Of a stretch of 64,000 nucleotides of DNA, positions 13,142 to 26,909 are shown one piece after another. The notes under the pieces are model-generated. The model was not told the DNA's origin and did no database searches. It saw only the letters and a program-made list of their open reading frames with translations. Each line of letters begins with the position of its first letter. Within the stretch, counting starts at the first letter, position 1. Origin of the DNA: Phoronis australis (lineage: Eukaryota > Animalia > Phoronida). Location of the stretch: NCBI GenBank assembly GCA_002633005.1, contig NMRA01000296.1, positions 98,232 through 162,231 of the forward strand. Reading direction: 5' to 3'. The position numbers and the translations under genes are program-made.

Positions 13142-13585
13142 TAAATGACTTTAATTCCTAAGCATATCATTTAGGCCGTCAGCAAATAAAAAGCGCCAAA
13201 GAACCATCATTATTGACGGGACCAAACCACTGATCCGTTTCAAGTCAATGGCAGATGACTCCTCAATAATTCGTTCTGATTACAGGAGCCAGTTACTATC
13301 ATTGGGAGACTGTACGTGGTTAGGGTAGCTATGTGTATTCGGGTGCCACTATTATGACGCGATTTCAACCCACATACTAGAAATATACAGTCACATCTCA
13401 GTTTCAAATATTTTAGAGGTCATAGACTTATTGCAGTAAAGATGTAAAATGGTTTCCGTCACCTTCAATCCTGATTTATTTGGCAATTTGCTCAACTCAG
13501 TAAAGGGAACAACCCTAATGTCGAATTTATAGGTAGAAGGAGGCATTGGCATTCAGTTCCTGTCTTTGCTGCTTCCAAATGGAAA

Positions 13586-14457
13586 CATGGGGCCTGTTCC
13601 AAAGAAGTGACTTAAAGTTTACTAAGTCCTTGATAAAGTACCTCAACTCTAAGTCAAACATCGAAAAGACTGTGCTTTGTCAACCATTAAAAGTATAAAG
13701 TTTCTGAAAGGAGAAAGATCGAGAATCATAGAAATATGTTTTTTATTACTGTGTCTTTATTAATGTCACGTGACTACGTTTTTAAGTCAAATTTTCATGT
13801 ACATGAAAGGTTCATTCATGCTAAAGTAACCCCCAGCCGATTTTACTAAAAATAAAATGAAAAAATTACGTTATGTCTCAAAAATGAGGTTAAAATTTTG
13901 GGTTAAAATGCCTAGTTTTCGCGTACCGAGCGATATAAGAATAAGAACATTGTTTTTTTACAAAAATAGTGTTTTGCAAGTTAATTTAGCATAAAACCCA
14001 TAATTAAGTGAATAAAATAAAGTTTTTTTTTTTAAATAAGTTTTAGTAAAATCGACTGGGGGTAACTTTGCTATGAATGTACCTTTCTTGCACATGAAAA
14101 TTTGACTGAAAAACGTGGTCACGTGACAATAATAAAAACACAGTAGTAAATAGCATATTTTTAGATTCCTCGATCTTTCTCCTTTCAGAAAAAAATTAAT
14201 TTTAGTTGTTGACAAAGTATAGTTTTTTCACTATTTGACTTAGAGTTAAGATCTTAGATAACCTTAAGTTCAATTTTTACGTAAGTTTAAGATTTGTCTC
14301 AACTTCCAAACTCTGAAACTTCCACATCCGGTAAAATAGTTAAATTTAAGACAAAAACTGAAGTCAACAATTTAAGTCAAATTTAAGATCTCTTCCATGA
14401 AACGGATTTGTGACAATTTTCAGTTTAGCTAAGTCAGTTTTCTGGGAAGGGCCCATG
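13586..14457. mobile_element. Foldback-like non-autonomous DNA element with long inverted arms
   Basis: About 220-bp inverted arms at 13645-13866 and 14025-14247 (e.g. tttctgaaaggagaaagatcgag / ctcgatctttctcctttcagaaa; ccccagccgattttactaaaa / ttttagtaaaatcgactgggg), plus outer imperfect TIRs catggggcc...tgactta / taagtca...gggcccatg. Confidence 0.85.
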
Positions 14458-15701
14458 GACCTTACTTTGTACAGTGTATGTACTTGTGGCATTAACGGAA
14501 GAAACAAAATTTCGGTGATGACCTCTTGTAAACACCAAGTTTTCAAACGCCATCAGTCAATGAATAATTGTAAAATGAAAAAAAAAACAAAAAAGCTCAA
14601 AATCTTGTTCAATAATTAAAAGATAATAAATATGCATAGCTTCAACAGGGGCGTAACCATACGTTTATGAAGCACCTGCACCCAACCATTTATCCAATGT
14701 CCAAGATGTATTTTTTCTACACAAATTCATTATATTTTTTGTCACCTGTTTCGTAAAAAGTTACTAAAACTAGAATTTGATCTTAGACCCCCACTTCGCA
14801 ATTACTGACAAGATTTTCATAATGTAATTTTAGCACGTCACAGTTTAGCAAAAAATTATTAAAATCTGTTCATTAATCAAAAATTTCGCAATTTGTTGAA
14901 TTGGCTTTCTGTAACGCACGTGGTGCGTTCTGTTACAGCTACGCTCTTGGTTGTTCAATACATTGCAATTGAAGAGTGAGCACACAATTCATTCTCCAAA
15001 CACGATTTATTTTTTATTTAGAGAGCTATTGTCAGAAGTTGAAGGTACGTGCCTGCGGTAGTATATCCAAGATGATTGTTTTCAGGTGTTTCTAAGACAG
15101 TACGAAAAGTGACAATTTTTGTTTATAGAATTAAAATAGGTCCAAATATTGTTATTTAGGAATACCTTTTTCTCCCTAAGGAATTTTGACATCTGATCAA
15201 TATCCAAATTTGACATAAAAAGTCATGTAATTTTCCGCACATAAAAAGTGGTTCAAGTTTTTCAACTAAAAAAATTACGTATCCTCTTGTGTGGTTATGG
15301 AAAGTGAGGAATGATCCTAAAATAGAAAATTAATGTTTCATCACTAATTTTTGGAAGTTAGTTGGGCTCTGTGCCTGACAACATGTGGAGACCTTTTATT
15401 ATTGGTGTTAGAATAATTATAGTAAAGACGCATTACGCCTCTGTTTATCTGCTAATGTTTAATTCTTAACTGAAGTGCTTTGAGGTTTAAAAACATTTCC
15501 ACGCTCACCATGGTACATAAACGTTTTCGAATTCTCAATTAGTGATTGTCCAACCCCAATTAAACTTTAAAGCGTCATCTCGAGTTGGTTATCATGGTTT
15601 CGGGTGTTCTTGCTGAAAACGAAAGTGGAACCCCGATCACTGCAAGAAATATTATGGGACGGGTTTCAAGAGAGTAAAGGATTAACTAGACTTTCGTTTT
15701 G

Positions 15702-15757
15702 GCCATCTGAACAGGGCGCTAGCCATCTAAACAGGGTGATAGCCATCTAAACAGGGC
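15702..15757 (+). repeat. 20-bp tandem repeat, about 3 copies
   Basis: gccatct(g/a)aacaggg repeated three times. Confidence 0.8.
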
Positions 15758-16859
15758 ACAATGTAGCTTTGAGTTAAAATGGTTAAAACAAGCTCAGAAT
15801 GTCCGTGATATCTAATTCGTCACTCCTTGCAACCTCTCTAGTTGGAACAAGAAAATTTTTAATTGGTTACTCAATTTCAAATAATTATTATTCACGTCAG
15901 GTTTCGGTCATTCGTGGTTAAATTTTGTTTTAACTGAATGTCTTTTTTTCACTTATAAAACAATATGAGAAACAAGGTCAACCCGTTTTGGACTAGAGCT
16001 GCGACTGAGACAACAGTGTTAGTCCCATAGATCAGTCATTCCCGGCAAAATGTTTCCATTGCTCGTCGAAGTGTGCACAAGCACCGTACTCAACTTAGGC
16101 AAAGACTGCAAAAAGCTAACCCAAATTCCAGTCATTTTTATGGGAGTTTGTGATTATCACAACTTGGAAAAAGTATTTATTATTATAAATTTGCGCCTGA
16201 GAGATTCCTGTCAAGAGGGCCTTGTTTTTTGGTATAAATTTAGTTTTTATAAGGTTTAATAGTGTTTTAATTTGTTTGATGTACTTGATTAAATTTCATT
16301 TTGCTGTAATTATAATATGTACTTGTTAGTTGAATTAACAAAAAAATTACCTAAAAAAAGAAAAGAAAATGAGGTATGCTTTTACTAGAATAAAAAAACT
16401 GAGTGACATCCGTTCGCTTCACACTGCAGTGATTCCGTGCGAGTGTTGGTAAATTTTCGAATTTGTTATGTTTTAAGCAACATGCCTGTTAGAGGCGGCA
16501 TGGAAACTAAAGTCGCTCTTAGGTAACCTATAATTCATTGCATTTGCTGGCTAGATAATCGTGGTTCTTCTGCTATCGATTCCTCATGTTGGTTTCCGAT
16601 TTGCTCTGTTTCGTCGAAAGTCAGTTTTAGAGGGCACATCCGTGTCTATTTTTAATCACATGACTCACCGTTCTGATTAACGTATCACCTCCCTTGTTTG
16701 TGAAAGATATAACAAGTATATACTTTTTAATTAATCATTTTGATTACTATGCATACTGTTTCCACCCTTCCGACACTTCATTAGGTATTATAACTTCATG
16801 TTTTGTGCCATTTCTATCATTATCATTAAAACGCGTGAATGTTTTGCAACAGTCGCACG

Positions 16860-16977
16860 GGCTGTTCCGGTAACTTCAGCCCACCACAAATAGCAGAGGA
16901 TCAAAATATTGTTCGTGGTGATCGGTGTTGATGTGCCAATGAAAGTCGTGGATTTTACTCAAATTTGTCGATTTTAG
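16860..16977 (+). promoter_or_regulatory. Candidate promoter and non-coding first exon of the DLK/LZK gene
   Basis: TTCCGG ETS-type core at about 16865 in a locally CpG-richer stretch, ending at a consensus donor AG|GTGAGT (GT at 16978). The start coordinate is approximate. Confidence 0.4.
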
Positions 16978-17801
16978 GTGAGTTTTTCTTCATATGGTCT
17001 CTCGTTCGTTATTTTAACTGAGCTGATGTTAGAAGAAGTCTGATAGTGTGGTCTGGTGAACACGTTAAACTTCTGTGTGAACTTTAACAGTTTACACAGA
17101 AACCACGTCCACGGAAATCCCGTTCGCCACAATCAATGAACACGTACGTCAGGGTCCGTGACAGACTTGGGCCCTATGGATTATTGGGGAATCCGTTGCC
17201 TGAAACAGTTACCGGGTCTTATCAGTTACCTTGCCAGGAATCTAGACTAAAACCCTGGCCTACTAGGTACCCCATAAAGCGGTTTTTAGGAATGTGTGAC
17301 ACTGGACCTTATCACTGGTCATAATGACGTCACATGGGAGACTACACAGATAGTGGCACATCCTAATCTAGGCCATCTTGTACCCTGAAGATTTTCTCGC
17401 AACCAATAGTTTTAGTTAATGACGCTAGGATTGTTGTCTTTGGGTGGAGTTGGATGCATGGTCGCGCTGTGACAGCCATTTTTTAATTATGTTTGTTTAG
17501 CTCCAGCTCCGCGATCCATTGACCGAACCATTTCAAATTTGGTGCGTAAATAGATCTCCTTATGGCTTATCTGCTATGTTAGTATAATAAGCCTCCGGGT
17601 CATGATTGTGTTTTTGGTTTTGTCATCGATCTCACCTTTAAATTTTTTATTTCTTTCACCAAGTGTCGCTCTTCAGAGCACTTTCATTTCCTTGTTTTCA
17701 GGATCTGACCTATTACAAAACCATTATACGCTAAAGTTTTCTTCTTAACCCAGTTGTTATCGTGATCAGATGTTGATTGTAATTTGCATTTTAAACTCTA
17801 G

Positions 17802-17879
17802 GTTTATGTAGACGATCAGCTGAATCTGACACCTTTACCTGGTGTCAGTCCATGGACAGACATGTTTATAAACATTCAG
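17802..17879 (+). other. Candidate 5' UTR exon of the DLK/LZK gene
   Basis: TTTTAAACTCTAG acceptor and CAG|GTAACT donor, 78 nt; contains an ATG at 17852. Confidence 0.3.
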
Positions 17880-19659
17880 GTAACTTAGAAACAAACTGCC
17901 AACAACTGCCGGAAAAACTCTTCTCTGACACTGATAGTTGTATGCCTTTGTTTGAGTACAGATACTGTCCAAAGCCAAAGTTTAAGACTTATTTAGTGCT
18001 AAAGGACATTCTGATACATTATAATTTAATCTTCCAAAAAGTCACATAGGATGTTCTTGGAATGTAAAGTTGCTGGACCCTAGATAATGGTGAATAAGAC
18101 GGAAATCTAAATTAATTCAAACTTTGTATCGAAGCGAACCATAGTCTTTGACGCGGGTGCATATAATCCCCAAATCAGCAAGTCCTGCTGTGTCAAGAGG
18201 CCTGTTTATCAGAGAATCTGATTTGAAGTCATTACAGCATTAGCTGACTTCAAGACAATAAAACACTGGCTAAAATAAAGTGGTTTATCTTATAGACTGA
18301 AACTGATGATTTTGCAACTGCCTGCCTTCTGAAATTGACAATGACAGTTGATTGATTGGGTGTACCTGTAAATCCACCTTTTGTATCCTTGACTCAGAAG
18401 CACCATCTCTCAGGCTATCATGAGTTGAACCAGGGTTCATTTAAGGCCACTCCATATTTTGAACTGGGGAAAGTTGACTGACATTTAGATTTGGTTAGTT
18501 CATTGGGCTGTCATGGATGTTTAAACAGCACAATGCTGTTGTCCTTCTGAGTTGTCTTATGGTCTGAACCAAATTTTAGGATTTGAAATTTTGCTGATAT
18601 TTGTTCATTGCCTACCTGAGTAACTTTGAATTGCAGTTGCTGATTGATCGTAATCTTATATAACTTGGAATTTAATGAAATCTGTTGTCAGGCAGGGAAT
18701 TTCAGTTTATCATTGTGACATTTAGTGATCTGAGATATGTGACTTTTTGAACTTTTGTAAAATTTACACTCGCCAACACAATATCAGGAAAATAATCTTG
18801 CGCAGTTAGTGACCCTGTTGGGATTCCAGCGTGTTCTGATCCAATATTGGTGCTGTTGAAGAAAACCGAGTTCTTCGTTTCTGGGAGGGTGACTCGCAAT
18901 TCAAGTGATGCAGGCGATAAATGCTGCACGCTCAAAATACAGAGCAACACAATACCTAGGATACAAGACCGGGAAAAAGGGCACTCAAGACGGTACCAAA
19001 TGACAGAAAAAACCTTTCTCGAAACAATACCACTTTTTCCAACACTCCCTCCTGGCTACCGCTTTTTCATTTCTGAAACGATGCCACTTATGGCACAGAG
19101 CCAAAATGTCCACCTGAGCTGTAATTGAGATCGTAAAATACTCGTGCAAGGCATTATACAGAACAACAAAATTGCAGGGACAAAGTACCAACCCGAATTG
19201 GTGGTACATCCTCAAAAACCGCTCCCGTTAGAGAGTATCTGTCATGTGCGCCTGAGTGTCGTTCACCACCGACAGGATTGATGTTAATACACATTCGATT
19301 TGCAGTGTTGACTGAATCTGTGCTACTCATTGAATTTCCATAATAGAGTTAGTTTCGTTAGTGGCCTACAGGATTGGTTTTCAAATTGCGCTTAATTTAC
19401 GAGTGTTGACTGAATTTGTGTACCAACAGGATTGATTTTATCTCTAGTTAACATTGAATTCCCAGTGTAGGCATGGCTCAACACAACGTGACTCTTTAAG
19501 AACTGGACTCTTTGTTGTAAACAACATAAATTTATCAACTGGGATAAATTTGTAAAATAATTGTTTGCCCCGTTTAGCTGCAGAATGAAAATCGAATTCC
19601 GGTAAAAATCTCCAGTTTGATGAGACAGTCACTTACGAATTTCAAGAGCGGAAATTCTC

Positions 19660-19800
19660 ACAAAAGTGGAATTTTCTAGAATTTGGGACGGCCATTATTG
19701 CCTATTTCTAGAATTTGGGACAAGCTCCGACGATGAGCAAAATAAAATTGTTTTAATTTTTCATTGTCCCAAATTGGAGAATTTCTATCGTAGGCCTTTT
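19660..19800. repeat. Dispersed repeat; inverted relative at about 28620-28865
   Basis: ttctagaatttgggac(a/g) occurs twice here; tgtcccaaattctaga occurs at about 28632 and 28818. Confidence 0.6.
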
Positions 19801-22800
19801 ACTGTAAAAAATTGGTCTCGTAATTTTTTTGCAATGATAGGATTCTGTTTCCGAATTTCTGAAACAGTCAGTGACTCAAGAAAAAGCTTGTTTGGATTGG
19901 CCAAGCTTAAAAATTGAGAATTTGAAAATGGCGCAAGTACGTATTGCTTGTTACTTGGGTTGGTTACGCAAACAGAGTACTATCATGGTAAGGAATATTC
20001 CGTGATCAATTTGATGAAAGCAAAATGTCTTAGAGTTCATTTTTTGTTTTGCAGGCAGCTAAAAATGGGAAGGGGGAGGGGAAATCCTTGTCCTTTCAGT
20101 CCATAACTAGTACTGGGTTAAGATGCTAGGTCTCAGCCAGTCATGCAAATGGTTACAAGTGTCACTTTACAGTTACCTCTATGTGCTGGTGTTTTCGCAA
20201 GCACTTTTGTAGACTGACTGCATGCGCAGGGGTAAGAGGCGGTTGTTAATTACTTTTAATCAGTTTATGTCACAGAAAGAACATGTTTTGGCATCAATTT
20301 TCTTTTAATAGTGACCAGTGGTGAAAAAACCAAATTACTGCTGGAAATGACCAGTTGGCAGGCAACTGGTCTATCTGGCTAAAGCACTTTTGTTGCATTT
20401 TCCTCAGTCTTTAGTCTCTCGTGGGAACTTATACTTTCACCAGAGTTGTAGCTACTCTTGTGAACGTAACATGAGGTCAACACATATCAAGGAAAACAGT
20501 AGTGTCTGTCTGAGAGAAGTTAGCCACATTGGTTTCATGGTCAGTGTGTGGTTTGATTGTGGTGAGTGAACCACCTGGCAGCTGTGTTTTGAGAGACATG
20601 TGGTGTTCTGTCAGAGTCTGACACTATGAAAGTGAGCAGGGTCCACTTAAATGTTGTGTATGTTTATCTGAGAACACATCCTAGGAAACCAAGCAGTGCC
20701 CAGTGATTCTTTACTAGTGATCCATTTGGCTACTCAGTTCAGTCCTTGTTTGATATTTGTGGTGAGACTTATTGTGTATTACTATACACCATGTCTACCC
20801 CTATTTGAGGGCTGCTTGGCTTCAAGGTTCAATGTTTCAACTTGATAGAAATACATATCCCGCTCAACTACTTTGCTGTGCAGTATGGTATATGCAAGGC
20901 TATCTCATTACTTGATGCAAAATCAAATTTGAAAATCTAGATATTTACCAATTTGTAAAATTGCATACAACTGAGCAATTCTTTTTGATTGCTTAAATGT
21001 TAATTTCTGTATTAAACTTCTGTCTGAAAAAAACCCTTTTGCCTCGGACGTTGAACTTCATTTTGCTCTGATTTTGCACGACATCCTTTATCACGCACGT
21101 TCTTGTTTACTCTAGTTAATTACTGAACAGATTATGTTAAACCCATGGTAGAGCTGTCAATTTACTATCAAAACATCTCATTGATCTTTTCCTTCTTTGT
21201 TCATCAATGTAGATGGTTCCTGTTTTCCAATGAGCTTTAGGAGGAGTATGGATGGATTGAGATGCATCATTTCTGCTGGTTCTTTCGTTCAGTTAATTCC
21301 TCTGGTTGTTTACGGTTCTCTTTTCTGTTGTGCCGTTTCAAGTATTCTCTAGGGCTGCAAGGGGTATTTTATGTTGAACCGTGGTTCAACAAATCAGCGG
21401 GTGTAAATTTCGCTAGCCATAACTTGAATCTTATGCGATTTAAGTTATAAAATGCAGTGGAATTTCGTATCGATCTTTATTTATCTGTACATGGTAATAT
21501 GATATGGATGTTATTTTAAAAGCATTTGTTTTTTCATATTTCAACTCACTGTATTGCCAAAAATGTTCAAAATTTCATTGTATGTTTGCTAATGACAGTT
21601 GTACTATATAAAGTTTTCAAAACTGAATAAAAATTGTTTTCTTGTTTACTTGTGTTGAAAATTCTGATCAATAAAATTTAACCATTTCGCCACATTGTGA
21701 TTCAGTTTCAAGAATCTTTACCATATCCTATATGAATGGAAAATACACGAGGTATCCAAGTAATGAAAGTGATGATACTTAGTTTTTAACATCAAAATGG
21801 CATCCAATGTGCATCTTTTTTAGCTAAAGTGGGTCAAGTGACGCAAAAACAGGCGCAGACAGGCACTGCATCATTGCTTTATAGTAGTCTAGGTTTCTAC
21901 TTAGCCAAAGCATAGAGACAATATCCTAGCGGTTTCACCAATTTCTCAAGCTGTGAATGTTTTTTGCTATTTTTTAAACCTGGAAACATTTCAACTTCTC
22001 TCTAAGGGGTTTTCATTCCAAGATTGTTGATGCATCGATGTTTTGAGGAGTGTCTGACCATGTGAACTTCAGGTTTGGATTGTTAACTGTGGAGCGCTAG
22101 CACTTCGCTACTTTGGTGTCGTCAGAGTTGTCGGCGAGTGTTGCTGTTTATAAAGACACGTGTTGTGTCGTGATCATTTCATATTCAAAATTATTCATGG
22201 TGGCTATAACTATGAGCTCTTCATATCGTTCATTCTCCAGTTATTTTCACGTTAGTTCAAATTTAAAAAGATTTCACCAGCATAACGTTTTTGAAGTGCC
22301 ACCTCATGACAACTTCATTGACCAACAACACATCAAGCCATAACTTCAATGGGCACTAACCACTGAAAACTGTAAGGGTCATTTTAGAGTGTTTACATCA
22401 ACATTCTTCTAGGTCTGTAGTTAAGCTAGCAAGAAAATATCTTAGATTTTGCTTCAAATTCAAAAGTTGCTAGCACAGGTAGTGAGATTAAAATTTAATT
22501 TCTGACTGATCTCTTGAATAAACAAGCAGAGCATCCTGAGCAACCAGACACATCCCTACAACCATTACTTAAATCACATAAGAATTGTCTGAAGTTACTG
22601 AAATTTGACAATGGAGTAATTGTCCTCTTTTGTTATACGTTAGCCAGCCTCTTGTATACAAATGTTTACCTCTCATTGTGAAAACTAGACTAATTTCCAG
22701 ATAACTGTGTAATTGATTTCCTATTCTATTGTCTGCCTCACCATAGGTGACAGGCCACTGTGTTGTTATTGGTCATTGTGTGTCTTTTTATAGACATGAC

Positions 22801-23913
22801 ACACCTCTGCTGATTTCCCCTGGGCTATTCATGTTACCTCACTAGGTAAGGTGTGGTCCTATTCTTTTAACCATTTGTTGTCTGGGCAGCCAGTGGAGGT
22901 GGGTGGAAATCTTTCAAGTTCTGAACTTTTTAAAATTTCATAAATAGATGTTAATTAGAGTGGTTAGTGACAGGAATGCAAAATGAAAGTCTTCTTGAAA
23001 TCATTTTAATTTAGAACACGACTGTGCACGTTGTACTGCATGCAATGACATCAGATATATTTTCATTTCCATCTTGTTCAAAATGAAAAAAAAAATTAGT
23101 TTTTGCAACATGAGCGTTTTTAAATTTACTGTTTTTTGTCATTAAAGCGTTGCTTTTTGTTGAATATGTAAATCATTCGGCTCAAACCTGCTTTTCACTG
23201 AAAAATCTGTGGTTCTCAGTTATTTCTCCAAAACATTTTTATGCTAAATACATCCTTGAAATGGTTTGATTTTAATACTCTTTTAATATCCCTTCTGACA
23301 CTGTTTCACTGTTGATATGGTGCAGGGAGGCACTGTACAATTATTCTTGAAACCAAAGCATAGTTTATTGATAGGATAGTTTGTTAATAAATATGAAATA
23401 TGAGTATTAAGAAGACAACTGTAACTACTTCAGTAATAATTGTTATGGGGTGTACGGAGTATTTTATGCAACATAAGACAACGTCTTGGAGTGGATCAAC
23501 AGAATGCAGTTACACTAGTGAAAGGAGCATATTTGATTCAACAAGTTTTTTCACGAATCGAAGCTGTTGACTTGCCAGAAAAAACCCGGTCCCAATAGAA
23601 ACGCTGTTTGAAATAATACTAAGTCTTATTCTGTCCGAGAAATTTGGACGTGCTCTTTGGAGTGAATGTGGGAGTTCAGAGATACATTGCTCGTTTTACA
23701 CGTAAAACAGAAGTGATTACCACACATCTTGTGTTCAATTGTAAACTGAGGTATCCAGCCAATTCCTAATCAGATAAAGTCTAAAAATAGCCCATGCCAA
23801 TACACATATCTTGTGGTGTGGACAATATTGATTGGCATTCTTGTGCCTATATTGTCTTCTAGCCTTTGGCCGAAACACACAGAGATTGAGTGTATGAGCA
23901 GTCTCCAGGAATA

Positions 23914-24077
23914 ATGACTCTTGAGAGAGCCAAGCCGTTGTCAAGCGAGGATTGCACCCTACCAGCATCCGCAGTGATTGACATCCCTGTAAAGGAACTG
24001 CCTATTCACAGTCGATTGAGCCCAGCGACTCTTAACATTCTAAGTAGCACTGACACCGATAATGACTTCTCAAAAAG
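23914..24077 (+). CDS. MAP3K13: DLK/LZK kinase coding exon 1 (MTLERAKPLSSEDC...)
   Basis: Acceptor TTGTCTTCTAG before 23863; in-frame TGA at 23887-23889, then ATG at 23914; AG|GTGAGC donor; phase 2 fits exon 27395. Confidence 0.65.
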
Positions 24078-26504
24078 GTGAGCATATATTTAGAAATTTT
24101 TAGTGTATTTGTGAAAATGTATAAATTGTTTTGATGTCGAAGACTCCGTGGTATTGGTGGATTATCTGTGCAACAGTCTCGAAAGTACAAGACCGTCTTT
24201 CCTAAGATTGTCTTACATGTAATCAGTTCTTCCTTGAGGCAAATTTTGTCAAATATGACTTGATTTCAGTTCGGAACTAACTCAACGATCTCGAATAAGA
24301 CAATTCTGGGTGGGTTGCAGGCTGTGTAATAATTGACCAAAAGGGTTTCTATTTGAGGTCTTGAGTGTAACAAACTACCGAGAACCAAGTAACGATATTT
24401 GCCTTCTGTTCGAAGTGTAAAGTCTTTGAAGGTGCCATGATCCCACCTTCTTAAAATTCTTGATTGAGGTTAGACATATTCATCAAATAAACCTCTGAGT
24501 ATACCTTATTCAAATTAGCAGCCATGTTTGGGTTTGGAAGCACCTGACAGTTGTTGTGGTGTTGTGCTTGAACCTGGAATTTGACTTAATCTCAAGATTG
24601 CTCATGTGTGAACTCGGAATACCCGAGTGAACTTAGAGAGTTTGCTCAAATAATGTTCAGTAGAATTGTACTGGACTAGCGCAAATCACATCTTAATAAA
24701 ATAGTGTAAATTTTGACCAACCTAATTTTTCAACTATCACGATATTATTCACTAAACAATAATTCATTAATCATTAACGTGTTCTTCAGGTTTTCGTAAG
24801 GTGGAAAATGAGTGATTGTGGGACAAATAATAACAAAAAATTTTATGCTGAGCGACAAGTTTTAACCAGATTGCTTTGATGGACATTGAAGTCCAAGTTC
24901 ACGCATACGTCATCTTGAGATCAACGTAATGCTCCATAGATGGCTTGCTCATTTTATGCTCTTAGCTCTAGCAATGACAACTGTCAGGTCTTCTCGAACC
25001 CCCAAATCACTACTAATCTGAATAGGGAACAGCAACATCTTGAGATCAGTTTCATAACTGTACAAGTGGTCTGAAAACTCTGAAAAGTTGTACAAATATT
25101 GCCTACACATCCACTAACCATTTTGAGAAAGGGGTTCTAGATTTTGTTTAATATGCGTCACATATTTTGCTTTGGTATCATTTTTATGTTTTACTGTTCA
25201 AATAAGTTGGACTAATACAACTGAAACTTGTTTCTCTATTTTTGTTTTTATTAAAAAAAATTAACAATAAAATTGATACTGCTGTTAATTTTTTTATTAA
25301 AATCATTGTCAGAATTCATTCTCAATACTGTTGAGATCACTCATTCATGGGAATGTTATTAATGTGAGGAGTCTGTACACTGTGTTTATAGGTACGAGAC
25401 CCATGTTCACTGGTCCGTAAGTCATGTTCCTAAGTATAATATGTCTGTTCACGAGCCCTGTTTTTGGGGCGCGCAAGCTCCTTCTTCTGAGTCTGAGTAA
25501 GACTTAGTAAGTGAACTGAGTTCATAGACATGTGAGCCGTGTTTGTAAGTGAAGAACTGGCAATAGTTCACGTTATCGCGGATGCTTTGTAAAGGCACTT
25601 AAGATCACTAGTTAAGAATTTGATTAGATTTTGCATTTTAAAGAACCAAGAAATTATGGCGCAACTGTTCTTGTAAACAATCAGGTTTTGTGATTTGAGC
25701 CGGTGATAGAGTAGTCACCTCTGTGCATTCTACTATTACTCAAAGAACCTGATTGAAATGAGATGAAGGGTTCTTTAGCAATTAACTCCCTTGGTCTCAG
25801 ATCTTCTTGTAATAGGTTTAAAATCATTGAGTGAAACTAGAATTGCAATCCATGTTACTGGCCTCTCTGTATACAATTGTAGTCGCAAGCAATGTATATT
25901 GTCATCAGCGATAGCTCAAATGAATTTATCCCCCCACGACAATCAATAATATGGAGAAAGGATTTGAGACTCTTTGATGATCAAAAACAGCACCAACTGA
26001 ATAGACTTTCACAACTGGCAATGGCATTACTAGATGTTGTTAATCTCACAATCTGACAGTCTCCTCTTAATGTCAGCAAGACTAACCTTAGCTTGAGTTT
26101 GAATGACCAGTTATGCTATTTGAAGGTAAGATTTCAAAGTTCTTGTTCGTATCTGATGGAGTCGCCGTAAAATTGTTATTGGTCTTTTTACGTTCTAATT
26201 AGTTGACAAAGGGAAATTGGTTGTATCGAACATGCTGTATTGAGCACGGTATATATATATATATGTTCACTGGTTTTGGTTTGAAGATGTAACATATGAG
26301 CATATTTCAGCATGCAGGGCAAATGCGGTGTTTTGTCAGCTTTGTTTGTGGCCTTTGACACGAGTGGCAAAGAAATACTTATTATGATTGCTTTTTTAAT
26401 TGTTTTAATCATGCAATAAGCTTTTAACATTTTGGTTTCAAAAGTTAGCCGCACAATATGCATGTGATATTGAAGTATGTATTCTAAACCTAAGCTTGTA
26501 TTAT

Positions 26505-26760
26505 GATTGTGGTGGCAAGAGGGAGACTCTCAACCAGAAGGTTTGTGGGTTCAAACCCCTGGGTGCTGCAACCCTATAGTTTGTATTGTACCTGAGCATG
26601 GCAGTTAATCTGCATTGCTCCAGTCAACTCAGCTGTATAAACAAAGACCAGCCATGGCTGGAAAGTACTCTAGGCTAGAGGCCAGTCTAGTAGGAGTTGT
26701 AAGACACTTTATCTTCTCATGCTACTAGAAGCCAGAGTTGAGCAACAAGGGATATTCCTG
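26505..26760 (+). mobile_element. Degenerate tRNA-derived SINE-like element
   Basis: B-box-like GGGTTCAAACCC followed by a SINE-like body (cctgagcatggcagttaatctgcattgctccagtcaactcagctgta). Boundaries are approximate. Confidence 0.5.
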
Positions 26761-26909
26761 GACTGCACCTTTGCGCCATTAACGCATAAAAAAATAAAAA
26801 GGCACAAATACATTGCTGCAGTGTAACCCCCAAGGCGCATTATTTAAAATGCAACATTCTTCCAAAAATACAAGATTCTAGTCAACTTACAGCCAGTCAG
26901 GTAAAACAT

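Noticed and set aside
26520-26570. tRNA gene
   Set aside because: Only a B-box-like motif is present, with no cloverleaf; better explained as a SINE remnant.
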